Source: Octopus sinensis
Lineage: Eukaryota
Direction: 5' to 3'
DNA: 64,000 nucleotides
Assembly: GCF_006345805.1 (NCBI RefSeq)
Contig: NC_043011.1
Span: 34,546,464-34,610,463 of the forward strand
Part shown: in pieces, positions 27,633 to 40,485 of the stretch
Position numbering within the stretch: position 1 is the first letter of the stretch
How the letters are laid out: every line of letters begins with the position of its first letter
The notes under the pieces: model-generated
Databases searched by the model: none
Told to the model about the DNA's origin: nothing
Seen by the model: the letters and a program-made list of their open reading frames with translations, nothing else
Position numbers and translations under genes: made by a program

Positions 27633-27689
<57 letters not shown>

Positions 27690-28834
27690 TTGTGTAAGTT
27701 GTGTAAATTGTGTAGTAACTTACAATCGACAAGCTGATTTGCAAAAGAAATCCGGTATAAGGGGGAAATCTCTGTGACAAACTTTCTCACAATCTTCACT
27801 CAGATCCTGCTTTTGGAGATACCGAATTAGAAAGTTCACTGCAATAATAAATTAGAAGAAATGTTGAATACTCATGTCTACAATGCTGAATTTTAGCATA
27901 AACACAATGAATTAGCACAATTATGGGAAGAATACTGACCGAGAGGCTAAAATTGAGCGAAAACCCCCAACATTTAAATTACTGAAAGGCAGCAGACCTT
28001 AAGACACGACTAAATGCTAAACTTGCTTTGTCATTCATTATTGTGTGATGTGGAGGAGCGGGATTATAAGACAGGGTTAATCATAATGGTATATACTGTG
28101 GGAGATCTTATGAGATTGTATGATATTGTAATGGTATTTAATTATGAGATTGTATGATATTCGTGCCTATTTCAGCGTCACCAGTGAAGTAGTAAGTAAA
28201 GTCATCGAATTTGCAATCGATAATACGAAATATTGGTGGCTTACAAGTTTCACAGTGACAAGCAGAATAATTATTTCTCATTGTGGTAGAAGGCCAGCAG
28301 TATTTTGAGGTAAAGGAAAGTTGATTAAATCGAAGGTATTGTTCAACTTGTACTTGTTTTTTTCTCCACCCTGGAAGGATGAAAGGTGTAGTCGACTTAG
28401 CTGTATTTCGCTATGTTCTGATTTCGAATTCAGCCGACGCCGACTTTGCGTCTCGTCCTTTCGGGGTCGATGAATCTAAGTACCAGTTGATCATTGGGGT
28501 CGATGCAATCGACTCTACCTATTCCTCCAATTTCCGACCTTGATCCTATAGTAGGAAGGGATATTGTAAACGTAGCGAACTAGAAAATTCTAGATCATTG
28601 TTTTGTCACAGCTGCAAAAACCTTCGGTAACAAGCAAATCCGCACGACATTTCTTCACCTGGGGTTAAACAACAACAACAATAACTGCTATCATATCTAT
28701 CATTGTGACACAGAAAATATTTCCATAAGGCTTTGTTTTTACTTACGATCCAGTCTTTTGTCGACCTCCTCATCATAGAGGCTGGCAGAGAAGACGATGG
28801 GAAGCAACACTAAAAACAAAAGGACGAGCTTCAT
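25999..28834 (-). CDS. Gene B2: secreted four-cysteine prepropeptide, 72 aa; complement(join(25999..26014,27724..27838,28747..28834)). [72 protein letters not shown]
   Basis: GT-AG sites, conserved exon lengths and phases, all four cysteines and KR retained. Confidence 0.87.
26939..27634. mobile_element. GC/CpG-rich insertion of about 700 bp within the (GT)n tract of B2 intron 2; class unassigned
   Basis: Absent from the equivalent uninterrupted (GT)n of B1 and B3. Contains three 24-bp tandem repeats TCCGCCTTCGCCCGCCTCCGGACG. Confidence 0.65.
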
Positions 28835-28868
28835 GTCTGAAAAATAAAAATAAACGACAGACAGACAA

Positions 28869-28908
<40 letters not shown>

Positions 28909-28909
28909 C

Positions 28910-28978
<69 letters not shown>

Positions 28979-29054
28979 TAGAATGTATTCAGACTTTTTG
29001 TTAGAGTCTTGGGAAGAAATAAGAGAATTTATCACAATGCACTAAAAGACAAAA

Positions 29055-29209
29055 GCTTACTGAATTCTGTGACAAAATAAAAAGAAAGAAGGCATTATAT
29101 ATCGTAATTCGTGGCAGGTTAACATCTGTGTTGTTCTCATCTAAGACAGGAACCAATGAAATCGATTGAAGATAATCGGAAAATGCTGACATAACTAATT
29201 TAAAGATAA
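29055..29209 (-). promoter_or_regulatory. Promoter and micro first exon of B2
   Basis: AGATAA 29204-29209, CATCTG 29123-29128, minus-strand TATATAA 29095-29101, donor GTAAGC 29055-29060. Confidence 0.6.
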
Positions 29210-30997
29210 GTGTTTGGGGAAAATATACACAAACCATTTTGATACCAATAATTACGTTCTGAGTCATAGACTTTTGACTTATGTAACTTTAAAGAATTAT
29301 TAAATGATTTCTTTTTGTTTCTCGCTTTTTGTGTGTGTAGGTGTTGCCCCCAGGTGCCTTCAAATGATATTTGAGATTTTCAAAACTGAGACAAAGTCAA
29401 CCGGTCTGACATGGCAGTTGCTATCCTCGTTTCTTCTATGGACCAGAAACTCGAGTAATCTACATCCAATATCCGACCATACTGGAGTATTTCCACCAAC
29501 ACATGACCCATTGAAACACATCATGGATGTGTTTCATGAGGTCTGTCTTAGGCACTTAAGCAAGGAACTATTCTGTTCTTTTGAGCAATATATCAAGTGG
29601 TATATAGGTAGCTCTGATCGGAAAGGATTTAAGATCATGACCAGTCAAATGTACACGTTATGGGACGGGATTGTCATTTCCCACTGATTACCTCTGGCAC
29701 TGGACATGATTTTAAACTTCCTCCGTGAGTGTGTCTCTGGATTGAGATTCTAAGGATTAGAGAAGAGACTTGTTCATTCCACATTCATCGAATCGACAAG
29801 ATAGTCTAGGTTAAGATAACCTCTGATAAAGCAACCCTATTAACGAAAGTCACCCTTGGTCCCTGTTAGATACCCTTGTTCCCAGGTCTACAAATCATCG
29901 GAAGAGAACTTGCTAGGGTCGCAGATTATTTAGTATGTCACGAAATTTTCTCAAGAACATCACAATGGACTGGGGTCTGTTAGCTCTTTAGCTCCCCATC
30001 AAAGAAAAGGTCTCTCCATATAAATCCTGCTTCTTGATAAGTACTGGATTCGTTGCATTCGTTGCATCGGACCAATACATGCGTGAAGGATGAGATAATG
30101 GTTTGGTTCTGCACAAAACATACCTACTATAATAACATTGATCGTGCAGTTTGTTCATTAAACCAAGACACCAACACAAAACGCTTTCAAACTTTCTTCA
30201 TAATTCTCGTGGCGAACGACTTCGTGCAGCTTTGACTTGTTTATTCCATATTCATCGAATCGACGAGATAATCTAGGATAAGATAACCTCTGATAAAGCA
30301 ATTCAGCAGTGAGCGATTTATCTTTGTTTTTTTTTTTGACACATATCGTATAAGTCTTCTACAGTCGAAGTTAACAATGCACCTCATGCATTATATATCA
30401 GCTGACCATGGCAAGATATTTTCTATATGACTGGATCTTAATTATACGCACATGTATCTCTTCTCCACGCCAACGATGGTTATTAAAAAAAAAAAAGCTG
30501 TCGATTTGGGCTGAACCATCATTCTGATTCATGTCACTATGCAATGAACCAGAGATGATAACAGAAGATATATTGCCTGTTCTTCTCACAGTTCCGTCAA
30601 TCTATTGTTCTCGTTCGGTACATTTGTATGGAGACCGAAAGTAATAAAGATAACAGGATTGTATCCTACATTATCTTTTTGTATTTTGAAATGGTAACCT
30701 CATCGCACTTAACAAAATTGTGGTGAAAGAATCAATAGATACATAGACATGATTCTACATTTTCTTGCGAAGGAAAATCCAGTGTTTTAAAGGGCAAATA
30801 ATTCTATTACGCCATGTATTGTATAGGCGTCTGTATACTAGAGTTTTCAAGTTCAAATCCTCTCTGATTGAACTTCCAGTTATCAACTAAATCGCATGAA
30901 TGCGGTTTGAAAATTTGCGTTAAATATTTAACGTGGATATTAGAAATGTTCTAATTATCAAACTAGAATTTAGGTACATACATGCATGCATACAAGG

Positions 30998-31109
<112 letters not shown>

Positions 31110-31182
31110 GAAATTCAAATACCTGTGGCCATCATGACAATTTTACTGGCACCTTGCACAAAATACCACCTAGCGTAATACA

Positions 31183-31204
31183 TCTCTATATATAAAACAG
31201 AAGA

Positions 31205-31239
<35 letters not shown>

Positions 31240-33000
31240 TGGTTATGCATTTCCACATTTTTCAACCGATTTCGCTCATGCTTGACTTATGCTCCAAGGG
31301 TGGTCACGACCTACTTTATATTTTTCAGACCCCATCCTGCGTATAATAAAAAACTGGAAATAACTGTTCAGAAAACCAGCTTTTTGCCCATTACTCCCTG
31401 TTGTTTCGAGCGATTTCCTCCAAATTTGTCACAAACATTATTCATGACATAAGAATTTTTTTCTGAAAATGTTTGTCAAGGTCATCTTCGTTCATTGTGT
31501 AAAGTCCGCGAATAACCTCGTAAAAATCGGGTTTTTTCGCCAATAACTTCCGCAGTTTACAACTAATTCCCTCCAAATGTGACAAACTTTACTCATGATT
31601 TAAGAATAGTTTTAAACTTATGTTTTTGTCAAGTCAATCCGCGTTGAAAGGGAAAAGTCTGTGAATAACTGCGTAAAATACGGCGTTTTGCCAATAACTT
31701 CCGCAGTTTCAAAACCAATTCGCTCCAAATTTAGCAAGAATATTAACCATACTTAACTGACTGTTTTAAACTAATGTTTTGTCAAATTTATTTGCATTAA
31801 ATTTGCAATTTACTGGATTGAACTTGGTTTTTGCTTACAGCTTCTGCCATTTATACACATGCCAAGAATTGGATTGTTGGGCAGTTTTACCTTTCTGATT
31901 TGATCTGTGTACATTAGTGTTTAGTTAACCCCACCTCCTATTATCGCCTACGGCCATGATGCCCCTCCACTTCAGCTCATTGTGTGGGATGAATGAACAC
32001 AGGCCAATAAGGATCCCTCGAGGTCACAGTCCAATAGGGGGAGTATATACCCTACTATCTGGCGATTTTAGGCAAACTCTCCCAGTTATTCCCAAAGGCA
32101 CCAGGGCGGACGCTGTGTGAACTTGCATTAAGTCTTCTCTATGGCAGCAGGTAAGAATTTTATGCCTTAAATCCAGCATGAGAGCTCAGCTGTTCGGCGA
32201 TCTCTCATCAACCGATTTTTCCAAAGACCTTCTAACAGTTGACAACGGCAATGCATCTTTGGATGCAGCTGGAGAGATGCCAGTCTCACAAGTATTGTTC
32301 ACACTGTTGATGATCTCACGGCTGCTGCATTTCCCAATCTACCGATAATTTACAAAAGCCCAAGTTGGTTGAGTGATAGGGCCATAGTAGCTCCGAAAAA
32401 CAACTTTGTGACGAAACTCATTGAAGATTTGTTGCAGTGCCTTCCAGGAAGTTTACATACCTACAAGCCCGTTGACACTGTTGTGGATCCAGAAGAGGTT
32501 GTCAATTTTCCAATAGAATTCATCAAGCCCTTGAACCCCTCCGGTCTGCCACCTCATATATCGTGTCTCAAACTTGGAGCTCCAGTGATGCTGCTGAGGA
32601 GTCTGGAACCACTAAGGCTCTGCAATGGAATCCGGTTAGAGGTGAAAGACCTGCTGTCGCATGTCACTGAGGCCGCGATTCTCACGAGATGTGGCATGGG
32701 ACAGGATGTGTTCATGTCTAGGATACCTCTTATTCCATCAGGTAAGCAATTTCCCAGTCTGCGGCGCCGATTTCAGTTTCCTTTTCGACTTTGCTTCGCC
32801 ATGTCAGTCATTAATCCCTCGGCCAAACCCTTACCACGGCAGGCCTCCATTTAGGCGAGTTATGTTTCTCTCGTGGCCAGAAATATGTCGGATGCTCCTG
32901 AGTTGGAAGCAAACAAAATCTGTTCGTACTTTCCCCTAATGGCAAAACGAAAAAATGTGGTCTACAGAGAGGTGTTGTAGGTACTTCATGCACCAACTGC
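31183..33000 (+). mobile_element. Degenerate Helitron with PIF1-type helicase remnant
   Basis: A|TCTCTATATATAAAA 5' end at 31183. GDFRQTLPVIPKG at about 32060; ORF 32369-32854 has ...LNPSGLPPH..CLKLGAPVMLLRSL..LRLCNGIRL...RIPLIP...FQFPFRLCFAMS, the Helitron helicase signature. No clear 3' CTAG found. Confidence 0.9.
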
Positions 33001-33688
33001 TTTCAAATCCGTGAATCTCGGTGCCTCCACTACACTTACCACATATCAACCTTGCAGACCTGATATGTGGTAAGTGAGTGCTACTGTAGTCATGCTTTCA
33101 ATGTTATTAACTTTCCCAACCATGTTTCCTTTCCTCTGTCCAACCTAGGTTTGTCATCTGTTTTCACGGAGTTTCACATTTCACAGCAACAATTCCGTTG
33201 CTTTCGGTGTAAACGAAAGAAAAAGGCCCTTTTCAGGGCCACTTTACATACGATTGTTACACCACCTGAGGACACATTACAGCACTTTTCAGGGCTACAT
33301 CACCCGTGATTCTTACCACCATCCGAGAATGCATTAAAGCCTTTCTCAGGACTTCGTATCAAACAGTTACCGCTTCGCTTCAATGCCGTGACACCGCTTT
33401 CGAGGGTTTAGTCATTCAAATCGACACAGTATATATATTTTTATGTGTGGTATTTATTTCGTTGGTTTCCTTTTGCCGAACTGTGGAACGTAAACTAAGC
33501 AATATTCGCCGAGGTCGACTTTGCCTTTCGTCCTTCCGGGGTCGATAAATTAAGTACCAGTTGCTTACTGGGGTTGATCTAATCGACTGGCCCCCTCCCC
33601 CAAAAATTCTTGTCTTGTGCCTTGAGCAGAAAAGAATATTGTAGTATATACGTATAAATGTTTAGCCGATACGCTACACACACACAAA

Positions 33689-33746
<58 letters not shown>

Positions 33747-33906
33747 TAATTAGAGACAAAACCACTATTTTGCAAATCAAACAAAGAAAGACTTAATCCA
33801 ATACATAAAAAAATTTAATATAATATAATATAATATTTATTTATTTATTTATTTTTTTGAATGTGTGTATTTTTATATATATATGTGTATGTGATGATAT
33901 GTGTGA

Positions 33907-33958
<52 letters not shown>

Positions 33959-34577
33959 GGATGTATATGTATTTATTTATTAATCTATATGGGTGTGGGG
34001 TGAATATATTGGTGTATATATCGAGTATAGTACGTATGTATATGTATGTGTGAGTGTGCATATGTATATGTTTGTGGGTGTGCGTAAATATGTGTGTGTA
34101 TTTGGGTGTATTGTGTATTTGGTAAAGGGGGGTTTATCATTATATTTGTATGTATGGGTTTCGTTTATCATGATTGTTTTATTAAAGAATTTTTAGTAAA
34201 TTCAGTCCCCATGTATTATACTTGGTATGTTGATCATGGTAGTTTTATTTTTTATTTGGGTATTGTTTGTAGCCATATATACGTATATTTAGATGTTTAG
34301 GAGGGTGTCCGTGAATATGCATGTGCATGGGTGTGTGTGCATGTGTGCGCGTGTATAAGTGCATGTGTAGATGCGGGAGTGCATGAGTGCACATGTAGAT
34401 GCGTGTGCTTGTGCATGCACTTGTATACATGCATGTTTGAATGTGCGTGAGATTGCACCCGTTTGCGTGTATACACTCATATATACATAAAATAAATATT
34501 TATTTATTTATTTTTTGTGAATGTGTGTATTTTTATATATATGTGTATTTGATGATATGTGTGAGTGTATATATATA

Positions 34578-34615
<38 letters not shown>

Positions 34616-34867
34616 TAAAAATTAAGGGTAAAAATTGATATTAGTCAATTAAAACCAGTGGTCTAGCACATTAAAAAGAATCCGAAGATTAAAATATTTA
34701 TATATACCAATTAAGGACTGAGCACGAAAAGGTGGTCAGTCAACATGCTAGATATAGACGTCAAATCGCCATTCTCCACAAAGATTTTGTTCTCAAATAA
34801 AAATAAAATTCAGCACGACCTAAAGCAATGGATAAGGCAAAAGAAATATACGAAATGGAATAATCAC

Positions 34868-34929
34868 CTACGTACCGAGCGGTTTCAGCTATTAATATCA
34901 CAAGGATATCTGTAGCTTCGTCAGCGTAG
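34868..34929 (-). ncRNA. Type I hammerhead ribozyme motif (left arm of inverted repeat)
   Basis: Exact reverse complement of 35077-35138. Confidence 0.78.
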
Positions 34930-35076
34930 TTTTGTTATGAGCATAATATGCTGTACTAGATGAAAAACGGTACCGGAGTCTCGTATGCAAAAAATACAAC
35001 CTATTACGTTCGGATGTATCTTTCAAATGCCTCTACTTTTGGCGCGCTGAGTACAGCATATTATGCTCATAACAAA

Positions 35077-35138
35077 CTACGCTGACGAAGCTACAGATAT
35101 CCTTGTGATATTAATAGCTGAAACCGCTCGGTACGTAG
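35077..35138 (+). ncRNA. Type I hammerhead ribozyme motif (right arm of inverted repeat)
   Basis: CTACG-CTGACGA-AGCTA..TAGCT-GAAA-CC(GCTC)GG-TA-CGTAG: 5-bp stem I, CUGANGA core, stem II of 5 bp or more, GAAA, 3-bp stem III, GUA cleavage site after 35133. Pair 10.1-11.1 is A-U rather than G-C. Confidence 0.78.
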
Positions 35139-35297
35139 GTGATTATTCCATTTCGTATATTTCTTTTGCCTTATCCATTGCTTTAGGTCATGCTGAATTT
35201 TATTTTTATTTGAGAACAAAATCTTTGTGGAGAATGGCGATTTGACGTCTATATCTAGCATGTTGACTGATCACCTTTTCGTGCTCAGTCCTTAATT

Positions 35298-35388
<91 letters not shown>

Positions 35389-36538
35389 TATATTTATGGA
35401 TGTATATATATTTATTTATTTATCTGTATGGGTGTGGGTGTGAATATATTGGTGTATATATCGAGTATTGTACGTATGTATATGTATGTGTGAGTGGGTA
35501 TATGTATATGTTTGTGGGTGTGTGTTATATGTGTGTGTATTTGTGTGTGAATGTATAGATTAGGGGGATTGCTATATAGGTTTGTTATTGTGTATGGTAA
35601 AGGGAGGTTTTATCATTATATATGTATGTATGGGTTTCGTTTATCATGATTGTTTTATTAAAGAATTTTGTAGTAAATTCAGTCTATTTACGTTGATTAA
35701 CATATTATTCCATTCTATTCCATTCATAATCTTTAAAATAACGTTCGTTCATCACGCGCAAAGAATTTATTAAAAATATGTTCTATTTCTATAGTAACGT
35801 AATTTTGTAAACGCTGTAACAGTTAGACTTTTAAATTCACTTCATAACTTAAAATTGAATAGAAGGTATGTATTTTTTTCTCCTTATGTTAATCTTGTTG
35901 TTTATGTAGTGTTCTATTTATCGTACTTTTCTTTGTTATTAATTATTAAATAATTTAGACATACTTTGATAAATAGATAGGTTCGTTTTTAAATGGTTTA
36001 TGTTTAATAATAGAATAATTCTATATAAGTTATTATTCACATTCATAAATTTGTTTTAGAGTGGTGTTGGGGTTTTTAATAGTATATTGCTGAGTAGGGA
36101 ATGTTACTGTATGTATGTGGCTGAGTGTATGTATCTGCTGAATTTGTTACTCCTCTGTGTTGGAGTGGCGGTAGGAGTGCGGTTGTATGTGAGTGATTGT
36201 GTGTGAGTGTGTGTGGGTGTGCATTGTTTATGTGTGTATTTAGATATGTTTATATATACTTAGATATATGTGTATGAGCATGTGTGTATATATATTTTAT
36301 TTTTATTTTTTGTTTTTTGTTTTTTGAAATTAGATTCTTCATCTTTAAATATGAGAACTTTAATACTAGGTTTCTTTATATTCAATTGTTTATAGAGGTT
36401 ATTTTAGTTCTTGATTATATATAGATTATATATAGATTATATATATATATTTTTTTCATTGATAAATTTATATTATTTATAGTTTTAGTCATTTTAAATT
36501 TATATCTTAAAAATATTGATTATTTTTAGATCTGAAAT

Positions 36539-36584
36539 CCACCTGATGAATGTCCTTTGAAGAGACACGAAACAATTGTAGTGG
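36539..36584 (+). ncRNA. Minimal type I hammerhead motif of Penelope-like element type
   Basis: CCAC-CTGATGA-ATGTC(CTTTGAAGA)GACAC-GAAAC-AATT-GTA-GTGG: 4-bp stem I, palindromic mini stem III, GUA site. A-C mismatch at 10.1-11.1. Confidence 0.7.
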
Positions 36585-36765
36585 CAAATTTAATTTTATT
36601 TAATTTATATTAAATTTTTTTCTGTATTGGATTAAGTCTTTCTTTGTTTGATTTGCAAAATAGTGGTTTTGTCTCTAATTAATATTATATAATATTTTAC
36701 TATAAAATTGGATTCAATCCTAAATCTGATTTTTCCCTGTAAATTTGGATTTATTCCCTAATATT

Positions 36766-36937
<172 letters not shown>

Positions 36938-37243
36938 TTTACGGGAAACGTTTTGATTATGCAGATAAAGCTTCTAATCTATTATCCTGGCCACAATTTT
37001 AACGATGCTGTTTGGTGAACTAGTTTTGGGGATTGCATCGATAGACATCGCTCTGGCAAACGTCTATTAATGTTTATATCGCCTTAAGAAATTAACCCAT
37101 GAAGATGTTCAACGGACTACACTGCAATCATCTCAGGAATACAGACTGTGACCTTAAGAAACAAGTGGTCTGTTGAAACATGCATAGCGATACATTGGTT
37201 GCTTATAAATTCCATCCAAGGATTATTGTTATTATATATATAT

Positions 37244-37316
<73 letters not shown>

Positions 37317-37391
37317 AAATATTAGGGAATAAATCCAAACTTACAGGGAAAAATCAGATTTAGGATTGAATCCAATTTTATAGTAAAATAT

Positions 37392-37759
37392 TATATTATA
37401 TTAAATTAGAGATAAAACCACTATTAGGCAAATCATACAAGGAAAAACTTAAGCCAATACATAAGATTAATTAATTTATATTATTTTAAATATATATCAA
37501 AATTATTAAAAAAAGATAATTAGTATAACACTACGATCGTTTCATGACTGTCCAATTCTTAAAATTTCGAGTTACAGTCATTCGAAATTTTAAAAATTGG
37601 ACAGCCATGAAACGATCGTAGTGTTATACTAATTATCTTTTTTAATAATTTTGATATATATTTAAAATAATATAAATTAATTAATCTTATGTATTGGCTT
37701 AAGTTTTTCATTGTATGATTTGCTTAATTGTGGTTTTATCTCTAATTTAATATAATATA
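37392..37759. repeat. Near-perfect palindrome with about 179-bp arms and an 11-nt loop
   Basis: Arms 37392-37570 and 37582-37759, a handful of mismatches. Confidence 0.9.
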
Positions 37760-38271
37760 TATATATGTGAGTTGATGTAAGCACTTTATCTCTGTATGCT
37801 ATAGCTCTGTGGACGGAAAATGAAGGAACATCCGATGAATGACATCATAACAGGAATGTAACCATTCCGAGGAGCACATTAGACAATGTAGTCCATGATA
37901 ACTCCTGAAAAGTGGCAGTGGTTTCCCTCGGAATGTTTCTGATCATAGGTCTGCTCGATCAAGATTTTGCTACATCAACTGCTGGTCGTAATTATTTTAC
38001 GATCATTAATATTGTAAGTTCGAATCCGGCCCAAGTCGACTTTACATTTTAATTCCTGCAAGGTTGAGCGAAAAAATTAGTATCTGATTAATGGGTTCAG
38101 TCTAATCATCATTCATGGATATGAATGATTAGCTGAGATTGAGGAATCAAAATTTCCTTTGAAAATAATTCCCCCTTATCCACTTAGAGTGGAAATGAAG
38201 CTGAATCGATGTCATGTTTCCGCCGTTGGAACGAATTGGAGACTCAATCAAAAATCCACTCGATAAGTCAG

Positions 38272-39316
38272 TCATGCATTCAATTGACTGAAATTCAGGG
38301 AAGTAACAAAAAAAAAAAAAGAGAAATGAAATGAAAATAAAAATAGAAAAATAAACTGACTAATCAACAAGTGACAAGCAATATATTACTATTTAAAAAA
38401 TATATATATATAAATAAATAAATCAATACATAATTAAATAAATAAAATACACTTTTTTGTGTAATACAGTTTATTTCATTTTACGTTACCTATTACGGAA
38501 AACAGGATTTTGAGTGATATTTTTCCGGTTAGTTTCCGCTGCCAGTTTTCTTAATACTGAAAAAATTCAAAGAAGGAATCCAGTGTAAAGTTTAGCAATT
38601 ATTGTATTCATTGCATAATTTAATCAATAACAAATGCAGTCAATTGTTGTGAGTTTTAGCGGGAGAATTTATGTTTTAAATTGGAATTCTTCTGATTTAT
38701 ATCGAAATCAGCCTCCTGCTAATATTTCATGTACACAAAGACGGCGACCTGGCAGAAACGTTAGCACGCCGGGCGAAATGCTTAGCAGTATTTCGTCTGC
38801 CGTTACGTTCTGAGTTCAAATTTCGCCGAATCGACTTTGCCTTTCATCCTTTCGCGGTCGATAAATTAAGTACCAGTTACGCACAGGGGTCGATGTAATC
38901 GACTTAATCCCTTTGTCTGTCCTTGTTTGTCCCCTCTATGTTTAGCCCCTTGTGGATAATAAAGAAATAGGTATTTCGTCTGCCATTACGTTCTGAGTTC
39001 AAATTCCGCCGAGGTCGACTTTGCCTTTCATCCTTTCGGGGTCGATAAATTAAGTACCAGTTACGTACTGGGGTCGATCTAATCGACTGGCCTCCTCCTC
39101 CGAAATTTCGGGCCTTGTGCCTAGAGTAGGAAAGAATATTTCATGCACAGAGGAAGGCATGGTCGTGTGTTTAAAAAGCTCACTTGCCAACCACTTAGCT
39201 TTGGGTTCTGTTCTGTTTTATTGCGCGACACGTGAGGTAAGTGTCTTCAACTAGATCCTTCAGCTGACCAATGCCATCAGAAGGTATTTGGCCGACGGAA
39301 AATGTCAGGACGTTTG

Positions 39317-39412
<96 letters not shown>

Positions 39413-40485
39413 GTGTGTGTAAGTTGTGTAAGTTGTGTAGTAACTTACAATTGACAAGCTGCTTTGCAAAAGAAATCCGGGAAAAGAGGTACTTCTTTGT
39501 GACAAACTTTCTCACAACCTTCACTCAGATCCTGCTTTTGGAGATGCTGAATTAGATCGTTTACTGCAATAATAAATTAGAAGAAATGTTGAATAATCAT
39601 GTTTACAATGCTGAATTTTAGCATAAGCACAATGAATTAGCACAATTATGGGAAGAATACTGACCGAGAGGCTAAAATTGAGCGAAAACCAGCAACATTT
39701 AAATTACTGAAAGGCAGCAGTCCTTAAGACACGACTAAATGCTAAACTTGCTTTGTCATTCATTATTGTGTGATGTGGAGGAGCGGGATTATAAGACAGG
39801 GTTAATCATAATGGTATATACTGTGGGAAATCTTATGAGATTGTATGATATTGTAATGGTATTTAATTATGAGATTGTATGATATTCGTGCCTATTTCAG
39901 CGTCACCAGTGAAGTAGTAAGTAAAGTCATCGAATTTGCAATCGATAATACGAAATATTGGTGGCTTACAAGTTTCACAGTGACAAGCAGAATAATTATT
40001 TCTCATTGTGGTAGAAAGCCAGCAATGTTTTGAGGTAAAGAGAGTTGATTAAATCGATTGTATTGTTCAACTTGTACTTGTTTTTTCCACCCTGAAAGGA
40101 TGAAAGGTTTAGTCGTTTACGAGAACATAAAACCCAAAGAAATGCTGCCGTGCATTTTGTTTGGCGTGCGAACGATTCTGCAAGGTCGCCACGTCAAATA
40201 GTACTATTAAAAACACGAAGGATTAGGAAATTTGGGAAGACTAATGATTTGACACAGTGGAAAAACCTTTGCTGACAGGCAAATGTATTCGACCGCTCTT
40301 GACCTAGCGTTAAACATCAATTACAACAACAATATCATGTTATTATATCTCTCATTATGATATACAGAGTATTTCCAGAAGATTTTGTATTTCTTACTTG
40401 AAAATCTTTTTTCGATCTCTACATCATACAAGCTGGCAGCGAAGACGATGGGAAATAACGCAAAAAGCAAAAGGACGAGCTTCAT
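38272..40485 (-). CDS. Gene B3: secreted four-cysteine prepropeptide, 72 aa; complement(join(38272..38287,39449..39563,40398..40485)). MKLVLLLFALFPIVFAASLYDVEIEKR-FSINDLIQHLQKQDLSEGCEKVCHKEVPLFPDFFCKAACQFQLNA
   Basis: GT-AG sites (ttttccag|tcATG, A|gtaaga, ttgcag|TA, TT|gtaagt, atttcag|T), conserved lengths and phases, open frame. Confidence 0.85.
38745..39135 (+). mobile_element. Tandem double SINE in B3 intron 2
   Basis: Two consecutive copies of GAGTTCAAATT..GTCGACTTTGCCTTTCATCCTTTCG..GTCGATAAATTAAGTACCAG. Confidence 0.85.

Noticed and set aside
26782-27737. Long Arg/Gly-rich ORFs (182 and 178 aa) over the GC-rich insert
   Set aside because: Open frames on both strands are expected from high GC and repeats; no recognisable domain.
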